DNA from: a virus | Taxonomy: Duplodnaviria > Caudoviricetes | Virus record (IMG/VR): IMGVR_UViG_3300020044_011464 | Location: 1 to 25,984 of that record | Reading direction: 5' to 3' (one strand) | DNA: 25,984 bases | Part shown: piece by piece, positions 1 to 7,869 of the stretch | Position numbering within the stretch: position 1 is the first letter of the stretch | Layout of the letters: every line of letters begins with the position of its first letter | Made by a program: the position numbers and the translations under genes | Notes under the pieces: model-generated | Told to the model about the DNA's origin: nothing | The model's database searches: none | Seen by the model: the letters and a program-made list of their open reading frames with translations, nothing else

Positions 1-1
1 G

Positions 2-136
2 ATTGGTCAAATCAAAGAAAAGTTTGGAGGACTGCGATTCTACTATTCATATAAAGGTGATCGTGTTGATGAAATCTCCGATCTTATTCATGGTGCTGAA
101 GAGCGTAGCTTTAAGATTTGCTCATGCTTTCAATAG
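2..136 (+). CDS. 3' end of conserved phage hypothetical protein (QIKEKFGGLRFY family); 5'-truncated by window, C-terminus apparently truncated
   Basis: Not in the ORF track. Frame 2 reads IGQIKEKFGGLRFYYSYKGDRVDEISDLIHGAEERSFKICSCFQ* (TAG 134-136). I recognise KEKFGGLRFY as a motif of a widespread phage hypothetical family. Confidence 0.75.
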   Translation: MGQIKEKFGGLRFYYSYKGDRVDEISDLIHGAEERSFKICSCFQ

Positions 137-475
137 TTCAGGGTTTTCAAAGATGTTGCCGATGACTTCAATATCATTGGGATCTTCAATGTTATATCCA
201 TAAACAAATCCGCAACATCCGCAGTTCCAATCTAACTTAGATTCAACCTGTTGGACTTTATGATTGTGTTTGAGAATATCTCCTTCATAAATCTCTACAC
301 CATTCTTGTCTTTAAGACCAGTGTATTGCATGACTTTGCTCCATTTCATCCATTCTGCAAAATCCCACAAATCTCCCCCGCTTCCGCTCATTGCATTATG
401 CTCATAATGAGCGGTTGTAATGTTATAATGCATTTTATTTTCGCGCCAAGCTCTAAATTTAATTTCTCTGTTCAT
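122..475 (-). CDS. YopX family protein
   Basis: Has MNREIKFRAW, QYTGLKDKNGVEIYEGDI and EVIGNIFENPELL, the three hallmark YopX blocks. Confidence 0.92.
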   Translation of the reverse strand: MNREIKFRAWRENKMHYNITTAHYEHNAMSGSGGDLWDFAEWMKWSKVMQYTGLKDKNGVEIYEGDILKHNHKVQQVESKLDWNCGCCGFVYGYNIEDPNDIEVIGNIFENPELLKA

Positions 476-654
476 GCTTCTAATAGTTCAGGGTTTTCAA
501 AGCTGTTGCCAATTACTTTGCCTAAATGAGAACGGTTTTGAACATAAGGATGAGTTGCCGCAACAATTGGATACTTTTGATCACTATAAAGACCTTCTGT
601 TCTATTAAAACAAATAAAGTCTCCCTCATAAATCTCTACTCCATTTTTGTCTTT
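122..654. repeat. Imperfect direct repeats shared by the two YopX genes
   Basis: 122-168 vs 472-518 match at 42/47 nt and 279-313 vs 620-654 match at 32/35 nt (aligned by eye). Confidence 0.85.
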
Positions 655-900
655 CATGCCAGTAAATTGAACAAGAACATATCTCGGCTCATTCACAATC
701 TCACTGCCACGAAAATAATAATTAGGAGCAGGATTGGCATTATAGCGCGTTTCACGATCACCATCAATTGCACCAACAAAATCAGTTAGCTGCCCTGTGA
801 AGGGATCAATCTGCCAATTACTGAAACAATGCAGCGAGCAATCGTTCTCAGCCCATGCTTTGGCTTGTCTGTCCCAAATGCGGAATTTAATTTCTCTCAT
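472..900 (-). CDS. YopX family protein (tandem paralog)
   Basis: Has MREIKFRIWD, QFTGMKDKNGVEIYEGD and VIGNSFENPELL. ATGA overlap with the next YopX gene. Confidence 0.92.
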   Translation of the reverse strand: MREIKFRIWDRQAKAWAENDCSLHCFSNWQIDPFTGQLTDFVGAIDGDRETRYNANPAPNYYFRGSEIVNEPRYVLVQFTGMKDKNGVEIYEGDFICFNRTEGLYSDQKYPIVAATHPYVQNRSHLGKVIGNSFENPELLEA

Positions 901-909
901 ATTATTCTT

Positions 910-1212
910 TTAATAACAAATTCTTACTTGTTGCCATGATGGAGCATTCATCCAGTCTCTCTCATCATTTGTGATGACTAACCACTCTTGCCCCGTGCCA
1001 AATGTAATACGATTATCTTGTTTGTCAATAGTAAAATCATAAAGATCACATTCTTTTAGAATAGAAAAGATTTCATCAACAGAATAAAATCGTGAATACC
1101 ATAAGGCATCACCATCTCCACCAGCAGAAATTACTTCCGCAATCAACCAATTGATTAGTTTTTTGATATGCGGCACTTGATCAGTTCCGATTGTTGTATA
1201 TCGCGTGTTCAT
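910..1212 (-). CDS. hypothetical protein
   Basis: 100-aa ORF that fits the minus-strand gene run, with an A-rich leader. Confidence 0.7.
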   Translation of the reverse strand: MNTRYTTIGTDQVPHIKKLINWLIAEVISAGGDGDALWYSRFYSVDEIFSILKECDLYDFTIDKQDNRITFGTGQEWLVITNDERDWMNAPSWQQVRICY

Positions 1213-1230
1213 TTTTTTGTTTGTCAGTGA

Positions 1231-1518
1231 TTAATCAAATCTGATGGTCGAGCCTTTAAATAACAATCCACTTGTTACCGCTCCACTTACTCGCTGACCA
1301 CTGGGCGATGTTGCTTCAAATCCAGTCGATACCGAATCATCTTTACCTGCCATCATTGGTCGCCATCCTGTGATTTTGATGTCAGTATATCCTTGTTGAT
1401 TTAGCAATTTTGTAGCATTATCTGGTCGTGTGCAAGCTTTCGGAATGAATGTTACGATTACGACTGCGAATGCAGCTACTGTGATAAATTGCGCTGTTTT
1501 GATTATTTTTTTTCCCAT
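1231..1518 (-). CDS. conserved phage membrane-anchored/exported protein
   Basis: N-terminal hydrophobic helix. The GYTDIKITG...TGFEAT...VSGAVTSGLLFKGSTIRF pattern is common in small phage proteins. Confidence 0.75.
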   Translation of the reverse strand: MGKKIIKTAQFITVAAFAVVIVTFIPKACTRPDNATKLLNQQGYTDIKITGWRPMMAGKDDSVSTGFEATSPSGQRVSGAVTSGLLFKGSTIRFD

Positions 1519-1539
1519 TGTTTTGTGTTTTGTTTCCCT

Positions 1540-1568
1540 TTTTTATTGTTTATTGAGCTTCTTGTCAA
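1540..1568 (-). promoter_or_regulatory. possible sigma70-type promoter
   Basis: TTGACA (1568-1563), 17 nt, weak -10 TAAAAA (1545-1540), intergenic. Confidence 0.4.
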
Positions 1569-1571
1569 GAA

Positions 1572-2252
1572 CTAATTGCTTCTGACGAAAGAATATTTTG
1601 GTCCGTCGATTACCATTGCTGTAATGTAACCATCAGGCAAAAACGATCCCGTGTCAATACAAATTCTAAATCCATCATCAACAACTCCACCTCTTTGGAT
1701 AGAGTGACCGCAAACAACAGTTTTGCCAGATTTGTGTGGATAAATTTCTCTGAATGAGTTCCAAATGCATCGCCACTCTTCCTGATCTTCTACATCTTGT
1801 TCGTGAGCCAAAAATCCATGAACAAAAATGTGGTTTTCGGTTTCGTAAGTGAGTTTTAAATTATTTAAAAATTGACCATGAAGTTCAAGCATTTTATGTA
1901 ACGCTCTAGTGAGATAGCCGTCTCGAACAGCTTTGCAATCATAAGATTCCAAGCATTCATAGCCTCCATGCATCATCCATGACTTTTGCATTTGTGCGCT
2001 AGATATTTGACCGCTGGACCATTTCATAGATTCCAAAGCCATTCTCTCATGATTCCCCAGCAGAGTAACCAAATTGCACTTATCCTCAAGAGACAAAACA
2101 AAATCAATTACACCTTTACTATCTTTGCCGCGATCAATGTAATCACCAAGAAAGATGATTGTATCATCTTCGGTGAAAGATAGTTTTTTGAAAAGATTTT
2201 TAAGGTGATCGAGTTCACCATGAACGTCTCCGATAGCTATTGTTTTGCTCAT
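1572..2252 (-). CDS. serine/threonine protein phosphatase (calcineurin-like metallophosphoesterase, lambda NinI/PrpA type)
   Basis: GDVHG, GDYIDRG, GNHE, FVHG, GHS and IDTG motifs. Confidence 0.92.
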   Translation of the reverse strand: MSKTIAIGDVHGELDHLKNLFKKLSFTEDDTIIFLGDYIDRGKDSKGVIDFVLSLEDKCNLVTLLGNHERMALESMKWSSGQISSAQMQKSWMMHGGYECLESYDCKAVRDGYLTRALHKMLELHGQFLNNLKLTYETENHIFVHGFLAHEQDVEDQEEWRCIWNSFREIYPHKSGKTVVCGHSIQRGGVVDDGFRICIDTGSFLPDGYITAMVIDGPKYSFVRSN

Positions 2253-2276
2253 TTTTTGTGTATAATGTCTTTTTAT

Positions 2277-2459
2277 TCATTTGATTAAAAATCGCTCCAG
2301 TATCGTAAAAATCGCCAACATAACGATCAGTAATACCGCTGGAATCCAAAGTGGACTAAAAACCCACCACCACGACCAGTGAATCTGCTCGGTTAATTTA
2401 AGCGCAATAAACACGCCAGTCAAAAAATAAAGCACTCTGGCTTGTTTAACTTCTTCCAT
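2277..2459 (-). CDS. small two-TM phage membrane protein (LKL...WSWWWVFSPLW family)
   Basis: Start reassigned to ATG 2459 (MEEVKQARV), directly after the stop of the upstream gene. Conserved ALKLTEQIHWSWWWVFSPLWIP motif. Confidence 0.8.
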   Translation of the reverse strand: MEEVKQARVLYFLTGVFIALKLTEQIHWSWWWVFSPLWIPAVLLIVMLAIFTILERFLIK

Positions 2460-2460
2460 G

Positions 2461-2745
2461 TTATTGTTTTGCTTTAAGCTGTTCAATTTCTTTTCGAGCA
2501 TCCTGCAATTGTTTGCGCAAAATAGGCACACAGCTACAATGAACTTCATCAGCATAATCTGCATCCACATGTTTCGCGGCATCATGCCATTCATCAAGCT
2601 CATCTGTCGCCTTTTGCAAACGATCCTTTAAGGAAACTACTTCTTCAAAAAGAGTTTTGCCGCTATCGAGATGATTCTTGCCAATGATTAGAAACTCGCA
2701 GCATAGATCGTGCTGTCCTATTGCGTATTGTTGTCTTTTGTTCAT
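2461..2745 (-). CDS. hypothetical coiled-coil protein
   Basis: 94 aa, with its start overlapping the upstream stop. Heptad-like segments flank an HCSC motif. Confidence 0.7.
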   Translation of the reverse strand: MNKRQQYAIGQHDLCCEFLIIGKNHLDSGKTLFEEVVSLKDRLQKATDELDEWHDAAKHVDADYADEVHCSCVPILRKQLQDARKEIEQLKAKQ

Positions 2746-3200
2746 TATTTTTTTTGTTTAAAACGCTTTCCGATATGTTTGCTATTGTTGTCAGAAACAA
2801 AATCATTAAAAGAAACAATGCAGCAAGAATAAGACCACTTTGTTGCCATGATAGCAGCCACTCCACTAATAGCATCGCACTCTTCTCTTGTTTCTGGAAT
2901 AAGCCACAAAACTGTGCTGCTTAGAGGCAGTGTGTAGCCATCTTCTTGAGCTTCTTCGTGCGTGTCTATCACAAACGCTTCGCACATTGCCAAAGAGCCA
3001 TCGTCCAAGTATTGAGGTTTGCGATCAATACATCCAGACGACATCTTGTATCGTACGTAAAGATACTTATGATTTTCACTATTAAAATCCACCAACCATT
3101 GACCTTTTTCGTTTTTGGTGACATTGATTTTTTTGATGACTATTTTGTCTTTAGGTTTGGCGGTTTTGTGTGTTCGTATTTTTTCTAAATGGTATTTCAT
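2745..3200 (-). CDS. hypothetical protein
   Basis: 151 aa with start/stop overlaps on both sides. Confidence 0.7.
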   Translation of the reverse strand: MKYHLEKIRTHKTAKPKDKIVIKKINVTKNEKGQWLVDFNSENHKYLYVRYKMSSGCIDRKPQYLDDGSLAMCEAFVIDTHEEAQEDGYTLPLSSTVLWLIPETREECDAISGVAAIMATKWSYSCCIVSFNDFVSDNNSKHIGKRFKQKK

Positions 3201-3466
3201 ATTTTATTATTTTTTATTGCAGAAGCGCCTTGTATTGCGGAGCGCCATGCTTCGTTTATTTGTTTTTGTTGCTCCTGTCTTTTTTCTTCGGCGACTTTCA
3301 CGACAATTTCAAAGCCGTCTTGATCGCACTCGAATTGACTGACAGCATTCGCAAGCATAGAGTGAACTTCGTTTAGTGTCAATGCTTTCATGTCAGACTC
3401 TGAATATGACCAGCCGCGAATATATTCTGCTAATTGTTCGAAGGTGTATGTTTTGTGCGTTTTCAT
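3197..3466 (-). CDS. hypothetical protein
   Basis: 89 aa, first gene after a TTGACA promoter, with an ATGA overlap downstream. Confidence 0.72.
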   Translation of the reverse strand: MKTHKTYTFEQLAEYIRGWSYSESDMKALTLNEVHSMLANAVSQFECDQDGFEIVVKVAEEKRQEQQKQINEAWRSAIQGASAIKNNKI

Positions 3467-3472
3467 ATTGCT

Positions 3473-3501
3473 GTAGTATGGTATTTTGTGGATGTTGTCA
3501 A
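3473..3501 (-). promoter_or_regulatory. sigma70-type promoter, predicted leaderless transcript
   Basis: TTGACA (3501-3496), 17 nt, TACTAC (3478-3473), 6 nt to ATG 3466. Confidence 0.6.
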
Positions 3502-3508
3502 GATATTT

Positions 3509-4423
3509 TTATTGATTGCTCAAAATTTGTAGGATTGCCAAGTCTTTGCCCTTGAGTTCGAATTCCCAGACACAATCGTTGTTCATAGATACTACAGTAG
3601 GAACGTGAGATGCAAACTCAGCATGACTACGAGGCTTGTCAGGCAAACCTTCGCTCCAGTGCATTACAGGAACGTAAGAACCCCAAGTAGATTTGAACAG
3701 CTTGAGCAGCGTGTTTTGATCTGCGTCTGATGCATTGCAAGAACAGTGAAGATTGTCATACACAAGCGGAATCAGCTTGCCAAACGACTCATAGAGATTT
3801 TGACAATTCCAGAAACCTTTGTCCTCGTTCTCTAATACCAAGCGATTCTGAACTGATGGCGAGCAAGAGAACAACGCTGACACAAAACGATCAATGTAAC
3901 TGGCAAGAGTTTCTCGCTTGAAGTCAGGCGAGAGATTGAGGTGAAGGCACATTGGCGCGGAATAATTTTGCGGCAGACCCATCAAATCCAACATGTAAGC
4001 TTGGTGATTGAGTTCTTTGATACTGCGATCAACAACATCTGCGCTGTATGAGGTAAGCACGTTGAATTGATCGGGGTGAGACGAGACGGAAACGCCACAA
4101 GTCTGTGCTGTAGTGCCAGCGTCTTGCAATGCTGACGCAATCGCTTGCATGTCTGGCAAATCGTCATACGAAATGTTGAGCGTGGCATCTGTAATCAAAG
4201 GAGCGATGCAGCTAGAGATACGATAGTGGGAAATCTTATTCGCGGCACAGTGCAAAATGATTTGTTTGGTTAGTTTGCAGTTGTGCAGAATGCGCGACGA
4301 AAGCTCTACAAGCGCAGCATCTCGACCCAGCTCCAAAAAGCGTTTGCGTGTCATGGTTTTAAAGGCAAGAGACTTGTCTTTCTTCTTGAGGATTTCACTG
4401 ATGCATACGAGTCCTAATTTCAT
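3509..4423 (-). CDS. uvsE: UV DNA damage endonuclease (UvsE/UVDE)
   Basis: LGLVC, YRISS, SSHPDQFNVL, LHL, RLVLENED, LVYDNLH, HWSE, SHAE and ELKGKDLA match the UvdE TIM-barrel motif series. Start moved to ATG 4423 (MKLGLVCIS). Confidence 0.93.
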   Translation of the reverse strand: MKLGLVCISEILKKKDKSLAFKTMTRKRFLELGRDAALVELSSRILHNCKLTKQIILHCAANKISHYRISSCIAPLITDATLNISYDDLPDMQAIASALQDAGTTAQTCGVSVSSHPDQFNVLTSYSADVVDRSIKELNHQAYMLDLMGLPQNYSAPMCLHLNLSPDFKRETLASYIDRFVSALFSCSPSVQNRLVLENEDKGFWNCQNLYESFGKLIPLVYDNLHCSCNASDADQNTLLKLFKSTWGSYVPVMHWSEGLPDKPRSHAEFASHVPTVVSMNNDCVWEFELKGKDLAILQILSNQ

Positions 4424-4432
4424 GTGGCGCAC

Positions 4433-4460
4433 AGAGTAACATTTCGTAGCAGCTTGTCAA
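4433..4460 (-). promoter_or_regulatory. sigma70-type promoter for uvsE
   Basis: TTGACA (4460-4455), 16 nt, extended -10 TG-T-TACTCT (4438-4433), 9 nt to ATG. Confidence 0.65.
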
Positions 4461-4497
4461 CAAAAATTTTGCCGCGAAAATTTTTTCAAAAAACTTG

Positions 4498-4526
4498 TTG
4501 ACATTGTCCATTTTTCTGATTACTAT
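4498..4526 (+). promoter_or_regulatory. sigma70-type promoter for rIIA
   Basis: TTGACA (4498-4503), 17 nt, TACTAT (4521-4526), 10 nt to ATG 4537. Confidence 0.8.
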
Positions 4527-4536
4527 TGCCCCCGAC

Positions 4537-6480
4537 ATGAAAACACAACTAGCTACATCACCAATCTTCACACAAGGAATTGAATCTTCACAAGTGTCCA
4601 ACATGGACATGGATTTGGAAGGCATGAAACAAGCTTGCCAAATCTTCCGCGACAATATCTACACCGACAAAATTCTCGCCGTTGTGCGTGAATGGGTAAG
4701 CAATGCTGTCGATGAGCATCTGAAACACGGTATCGAGCAATCTGTTCAAACTGGCGTAAAAGAAGGTCGCTTCTTTGTTCGTGACTTCGCTAACGGTTTG
4801 GACGACAACGGCATTCGCAACGTGTTTGGCAAATACTTCCGCTCGACAAAGTCGAACAGCGATCAACCTATCGGTGGTTTCGGCGTAGGTGCAAAAGCAG
4901 GTCACTGCTACCAAGACACTTTTTACGTCACCTCTTTCTACAATGGCACGAAGACAGTCTATTCGTGCGTTCTTGGTGGCGACGAATCTGGCGCATCTAT
5001 CGGTCAAGTGATTGAAATGTCACAAGAACCCACAAACGAAAGTGGTTTGTTGGTGGAAATCGACATCAAAGCAGAGCGCGGCAACAATGGTGACACTAGC
5101 ACGTTTGTGGTTTATGCTCAAGCAATGGCAGACTACGCTACTCTGGCAAACATTGAAGTGATCGACGATAGCGGTAATATTGTAGATGGCATCTACGAAA
5201 ACAATAAGAAAACATTAATCTTAGAAAAAGACGGCATTCGATTCTATTCTTTTGAAAGTGGTTTGATTAGCGATCCACGACTTTTTGCCATTACGATGGG
5301 TGGCGTAAAGTATCATACTCCCGATAGCTTCAAGGGTTTTGGGTTTGAAGATCAGTGTTCTCCAGCAACAGCTATTCAGATTGATGTTCCTGTTGGATTT
5401 TTTGAAGTGCCTATTTCGCGAGAGTTTTTTCGTGAGACTGCAAAGTTCACCAATGGCATTGCCAAGTGTGAAGCAATTCTTGGTGAATTTATTAATCAAC
5501 AAAAAGAATCATTGGGTGAGTTGACACTTTCTGATTTGTGCGTGAACAAGCTAAACAAGACTTCTGATTTTAAATTCAAAAATAATGCATTCGTGCCATC
5601 GAAAGTAGCATTGTCTTTAGCGAAAATTGGCAGCCTCAATCCAAACAATACTCTGGCTGAACACAATGGTCGTAAATTGGTTCTTCTTCTTTCTGATTCT
5701 TATCATCACCGTGGCGAGCAGGTTCGCAAAATCGAAGACTGGTGCAAAACAAATAACAAATCTGTTCTGTATTGCACGAAACACGGCATGGAGTATGTTT
5801 GTTCCGCGATCTCACAATATTCAACGCCATCTGATTTGGTATTTCGTGCTGCTTCAACAATCTACCCCAAAAACACACAAGGCAGTGGCATCAGCGACAA
5901 TAGATACACTGTAAATCGTCGTGGCTACGGCAGCAAAAGTTTTCGCTGGTCTGCTCTCGAATTGCACAATGAATATTGGAGTGTCGATCATACAGAACAA
6001 GAGGCGCAACAATTCTTGGCGCAGATTCCCCAATCAAACAAATTAGACTTGGTTCAAAAAATCCTCATCCTAGACAATGGATTTCATAGCACCTATTCGT
6101 TTAAGTCGGTGCTATTAAAAAGGGATTTAATTGCTCTTGGGTATGCATCTTATGATGATCCAGCAATCGTAGCTACGATCAAGCAGTTGCAAAAGAGCAA
6201 GACAGAGCGCGATCAAGCAAGATCAGAAATGAGCCAACGCTATCATAAATGCAAAAATCTTTTGAGCAGCAAGTCTCAGCAAACTTTCAGTAATAGAATT
6301 TCTAAAGACCCATTCTCCCCAATTCTCGAAAAACGCGTATGCGCTTTGGAGAAGATTACTGAAGAATTAAAAAACAATAAAAACGAACTCGTCGCAACAT
6401 TTACCAAATTGACTTTGGAAAGCTACTATTTCCAAGCCAGTCGTTCAGACGTAAGAAAATTCATCAAAGCGGCAAAATAA
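4537..6480 (+). CDS. rIIA: rIIA-like protein (N-terminal GHKL/Hsp90-type ATPase)
   Basis: VREWVSNAVD, VRDFANGL and STKSNSDQPIGGFGVGAK GHKL motifs, immediately upstream of rIIB. The TTG start in the ORF track overlaps the promoter, so ATG 4537 is preferred. Confidence 0.88.
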   Translation: MKTQLATSPIFTQGIESSQVSNMDMDLEGMKQACQIFRDNIYTDKILAVVREWVSNAVDEHLKHGIEQSVQTGVKEGRFFVRDFANGLDDNGIRNVFGKYFRSTKSNSDQPIGGFGVGAKAGHCYQDTFYVTSFYNGTKTVYSCVLGGDESGASIGQVIEMSQEPTNESGLLVEIDIKAERGNNGDTSTFVVYAQAMADYATLANIEVIDDSGNIVDGIYENNKKTLILEKDGIRFYSFESGLISDPRLFAITMGGVKYHTPDSFKGFGFEDQCSPATAIQIDVPVGFFEVPISREFFRETAKFTNGIAKCEAILGEFINQQKESLGELTLSDLCVNKLNKTSDFKFKNNAFVPSKVALSLAKIGSLNPNNTLAEHNGRKLVLLLSDSYHHRGEQVRKIEDWCKTNNKSVLYCTKHGMEYVCSAISQYSTPSDLVFRAASTIYPKNTQGSGISDNRYTVNRRGYGSKSFRWSALELHNEYWSVDHTEQEAQQFLAQIPQSNKLDLVQKILILDNGFHSTYSFKSVLLKRDLIALGYASYDDPAIVATIKQLQKSKTERDQARSEMSQRYHKCKNLLSSKSQQTFSNRISKDPFSPILEKRVCALEKITEELKNNKNELVATFTKLTLESYYFQASRSDVRKFIKAAK

Positions 6481-6483
6481 TCC

Positions 6484-6512
6484 TTGACAAACTATCAAAA
6501 TAACAATACATT
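6484..6512 (+). promoter_or_regulatory. sigma70-type promoter for rIIB
   Basis: TTGACA (6484-6489), 17 nt, TACATT (6507-6512), intergenic. Confidence 0.7.
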
Positions 6513-6538
6513 AAAAGCGCAACGCAACTTAACAACCT

Positions 6539-7552
6539 ATGAAGTATATCATTAATCAAACAGGAATCGTCCTATTCATGAACAACAAACCGCAAAAGTT
6601 TGCCAGTTCAGATCCGAAATATGCGGCGATTATCGCAGCCCTACGCTTGCCATCTGATCAACAAGAGGCAGCGATTAACAAAGCTCTGGAAGCGGCAGAT
6701 GTAAATCGCAACATTCAATCCAAAGGATTTCAATTGAATCCTAACACCAGAGAAGTATCTTATCATGGAGAACTCCTTCCAGCACCATTGGCGCAGAAAG
6801 TGTTTTCTTTGATCGAACAGAATCTGCCAGTTACCCTACTGGAGAAGTTCTGGGAAAATCTCAAACAAAATCCATCGTATAATTCGGTGCGAGAATTGTA
6901 TGACTTCCTTTCCTATAAAGAACTTCCTATTACCGAAGACGGTTGTTTCTTGGCATATCGCGGTCTTCAAGATGACTTCTATTCTGTTTCTGGTAATCTG
7001 CAAACTAAAGTATTGCAAGGCGCTGTAAACAGCAAAGGACAAATCTACAATGGTGTGGGCGAGCATATTGAAGTGCAGCGCAACTGCGTGGATGACAATC
7101 GCGAGAATCACTGCTCGTTTGGTGTTCATGCTGGTTCGTGGGATTATGCTCTCAACTGGTCTCGCGGCAAAATGGTTGTCGTAAAAATCAATCCAAAAGA
7201 TGTTGTCAGTGTTCCTTCTGATTACAATTGCCAGAAACTGCGCTGCTGTGCTTACACTGTCGTTTCAGAAGTAGAAGTAGAAATCACTTCTGCCGCTACT
7301 GACGATGATGGCAACGAATTGGAAGATCAATCTTTTCAAGAAGAAGTTAGCAATCGCAGCGAAGTTATTCGTCGAGTGCAGCAATACCTGACTCGTAAGC
7401 AAGATCAGGGAGTTGAAGAAGTTTCTTTCCGCGCAATTCAAAGTTGCTTCTCGCCAGATTGCCCTAGTATGGCAGAGATTGCTGATGCCGTAAATGCTCT
7501 TGGTTATAGCTGGTTCTTCTTTGGTGAGAAAAAAATGGTTGACTTGAGCTAA
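6539..7552 (+). CDS. rIIB: rIIB-like protein
   Basis: ELYDFL, LPITEDGCFLAYRG, CSFGVHAG and VKINPKDVVSVPSDYN..KLRCC match rIIB motifs. Confidence 0.9.
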   Translation: MKYIINQTGIVLFMNNKPQKFASSDPKYAAIIAALRLPSDQQEAAINKALEAADVNRNIQSKGFQLNPNTREVSYHGELLPAPLAQKVFSLIEQNLPVTLLEKFWENLKQNPSYNSVRELYDFLSYKELPITEDGCFLAYRGLQDDFYSVSGNLQTKVLQGAVNSKGQIYNGVGEHIEVQRNCVDDNRENHCSFGVHAGSWDYALNWSRGKMVVVKINPKDVVSVPSDYNCQKLRCCAYTVVSEVEVEITSAATDDDGNELEDQSFQEEVSNRSEVIRRVQQYLTRKQDQGVEEVSFRAIQSCFSPDCPSMAEIADAVNALGYSWFFFGEKKMVDLS

Positions 7553-7558
7553 CACTAA

Positions 7559-7578
7559 GAGGGGGCGAAAGCCCCCTC
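7559..7578 (+). terminator. GC-rich hairpin after rIIB (terminator or RNA stability element)
   Basis: GAGGGGGC-GAAA-GCCCCCTC forms a perfect 8-bp stem with a GNRA loop. No U-tract follows. Confidence 0.6.
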
Positions 7579-7589
7579 ACAAATTACTT

Positions 7590-7844
7590 ATGGCTACAAA
7601 AAATAACATTACGGGCGACGAGATAAAGAGCAAAGTTCTTTCAAAACAAGGTCGCGAAAATTGGGACAAAGCTTTTGCGAAAAAGACAGCAATAGAGTGG
7701 GCAAAGCTTGATGAAATCATTATTTTAGATCCAGATGGATTCAGAGACGACGATGGCATTACAATCGAAACGCCTATTTCTTATGCTGAATACAGTAGAC
7801 GAATTCCCTTTGCGACTGTCATGATGAAAAAAAATCCTATTTAA
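7590..7844 (+). CDS. hypothetical phage protein
   Basis: 84 aa. The NITGDEIKSK...NWDKAF and ILDPDGF motifs are seen in small phage proteins. Confidence 0.75.
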   Translation: MATKNNITGDEIKSKVLSKQGRENWDKAFAKKTAIEWAKLDEIIILDPDGFRDDDGITIETPISYAEYSRRIPFATVMMKKNPI

Positions 7845-7855
7845 TCAATTTTTAA

Positions 7856-7864
7856 GTGTAAAAA
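7856..7864 (+). promoter_or_regulatory. candidate late-promoter motif GTGTAAAAA
   Basis: Starts 14 nt before ATG 7870. One of four positionally conserved copies. Confidence 0.55.
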
Positions 7865-7869
7865 TAGAC

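Noticed and set aside
122-654. Repeats as a CRISPR array or DGR template/variable pair
   Set aside because: Only two copies, both coding. Mismatches are not adenine-specific, and no reverse transcriptase or cas gene is in the window.
3-789. Plus-strand ORFs 3..203, 251..529 and 526..789 with similar-looking segments
   Set aside because: They are antisense shadows of the YopX genes, and their similarity comes from the YopX repeats.
4495-4536. Apparent signal peptide on rIIA (MLTLSIFLITIAPD)
   Set aside because: An artefact of the TTG start call. The segment is the -35/spacer/-10 of the promoter.
4395-4655. 86-aa minus-strand ORF spanning the divergent promoter region
   Set aside because: It overlaps the starts of both uvsE and rIIA and both promoters, and has no recognisable motif.
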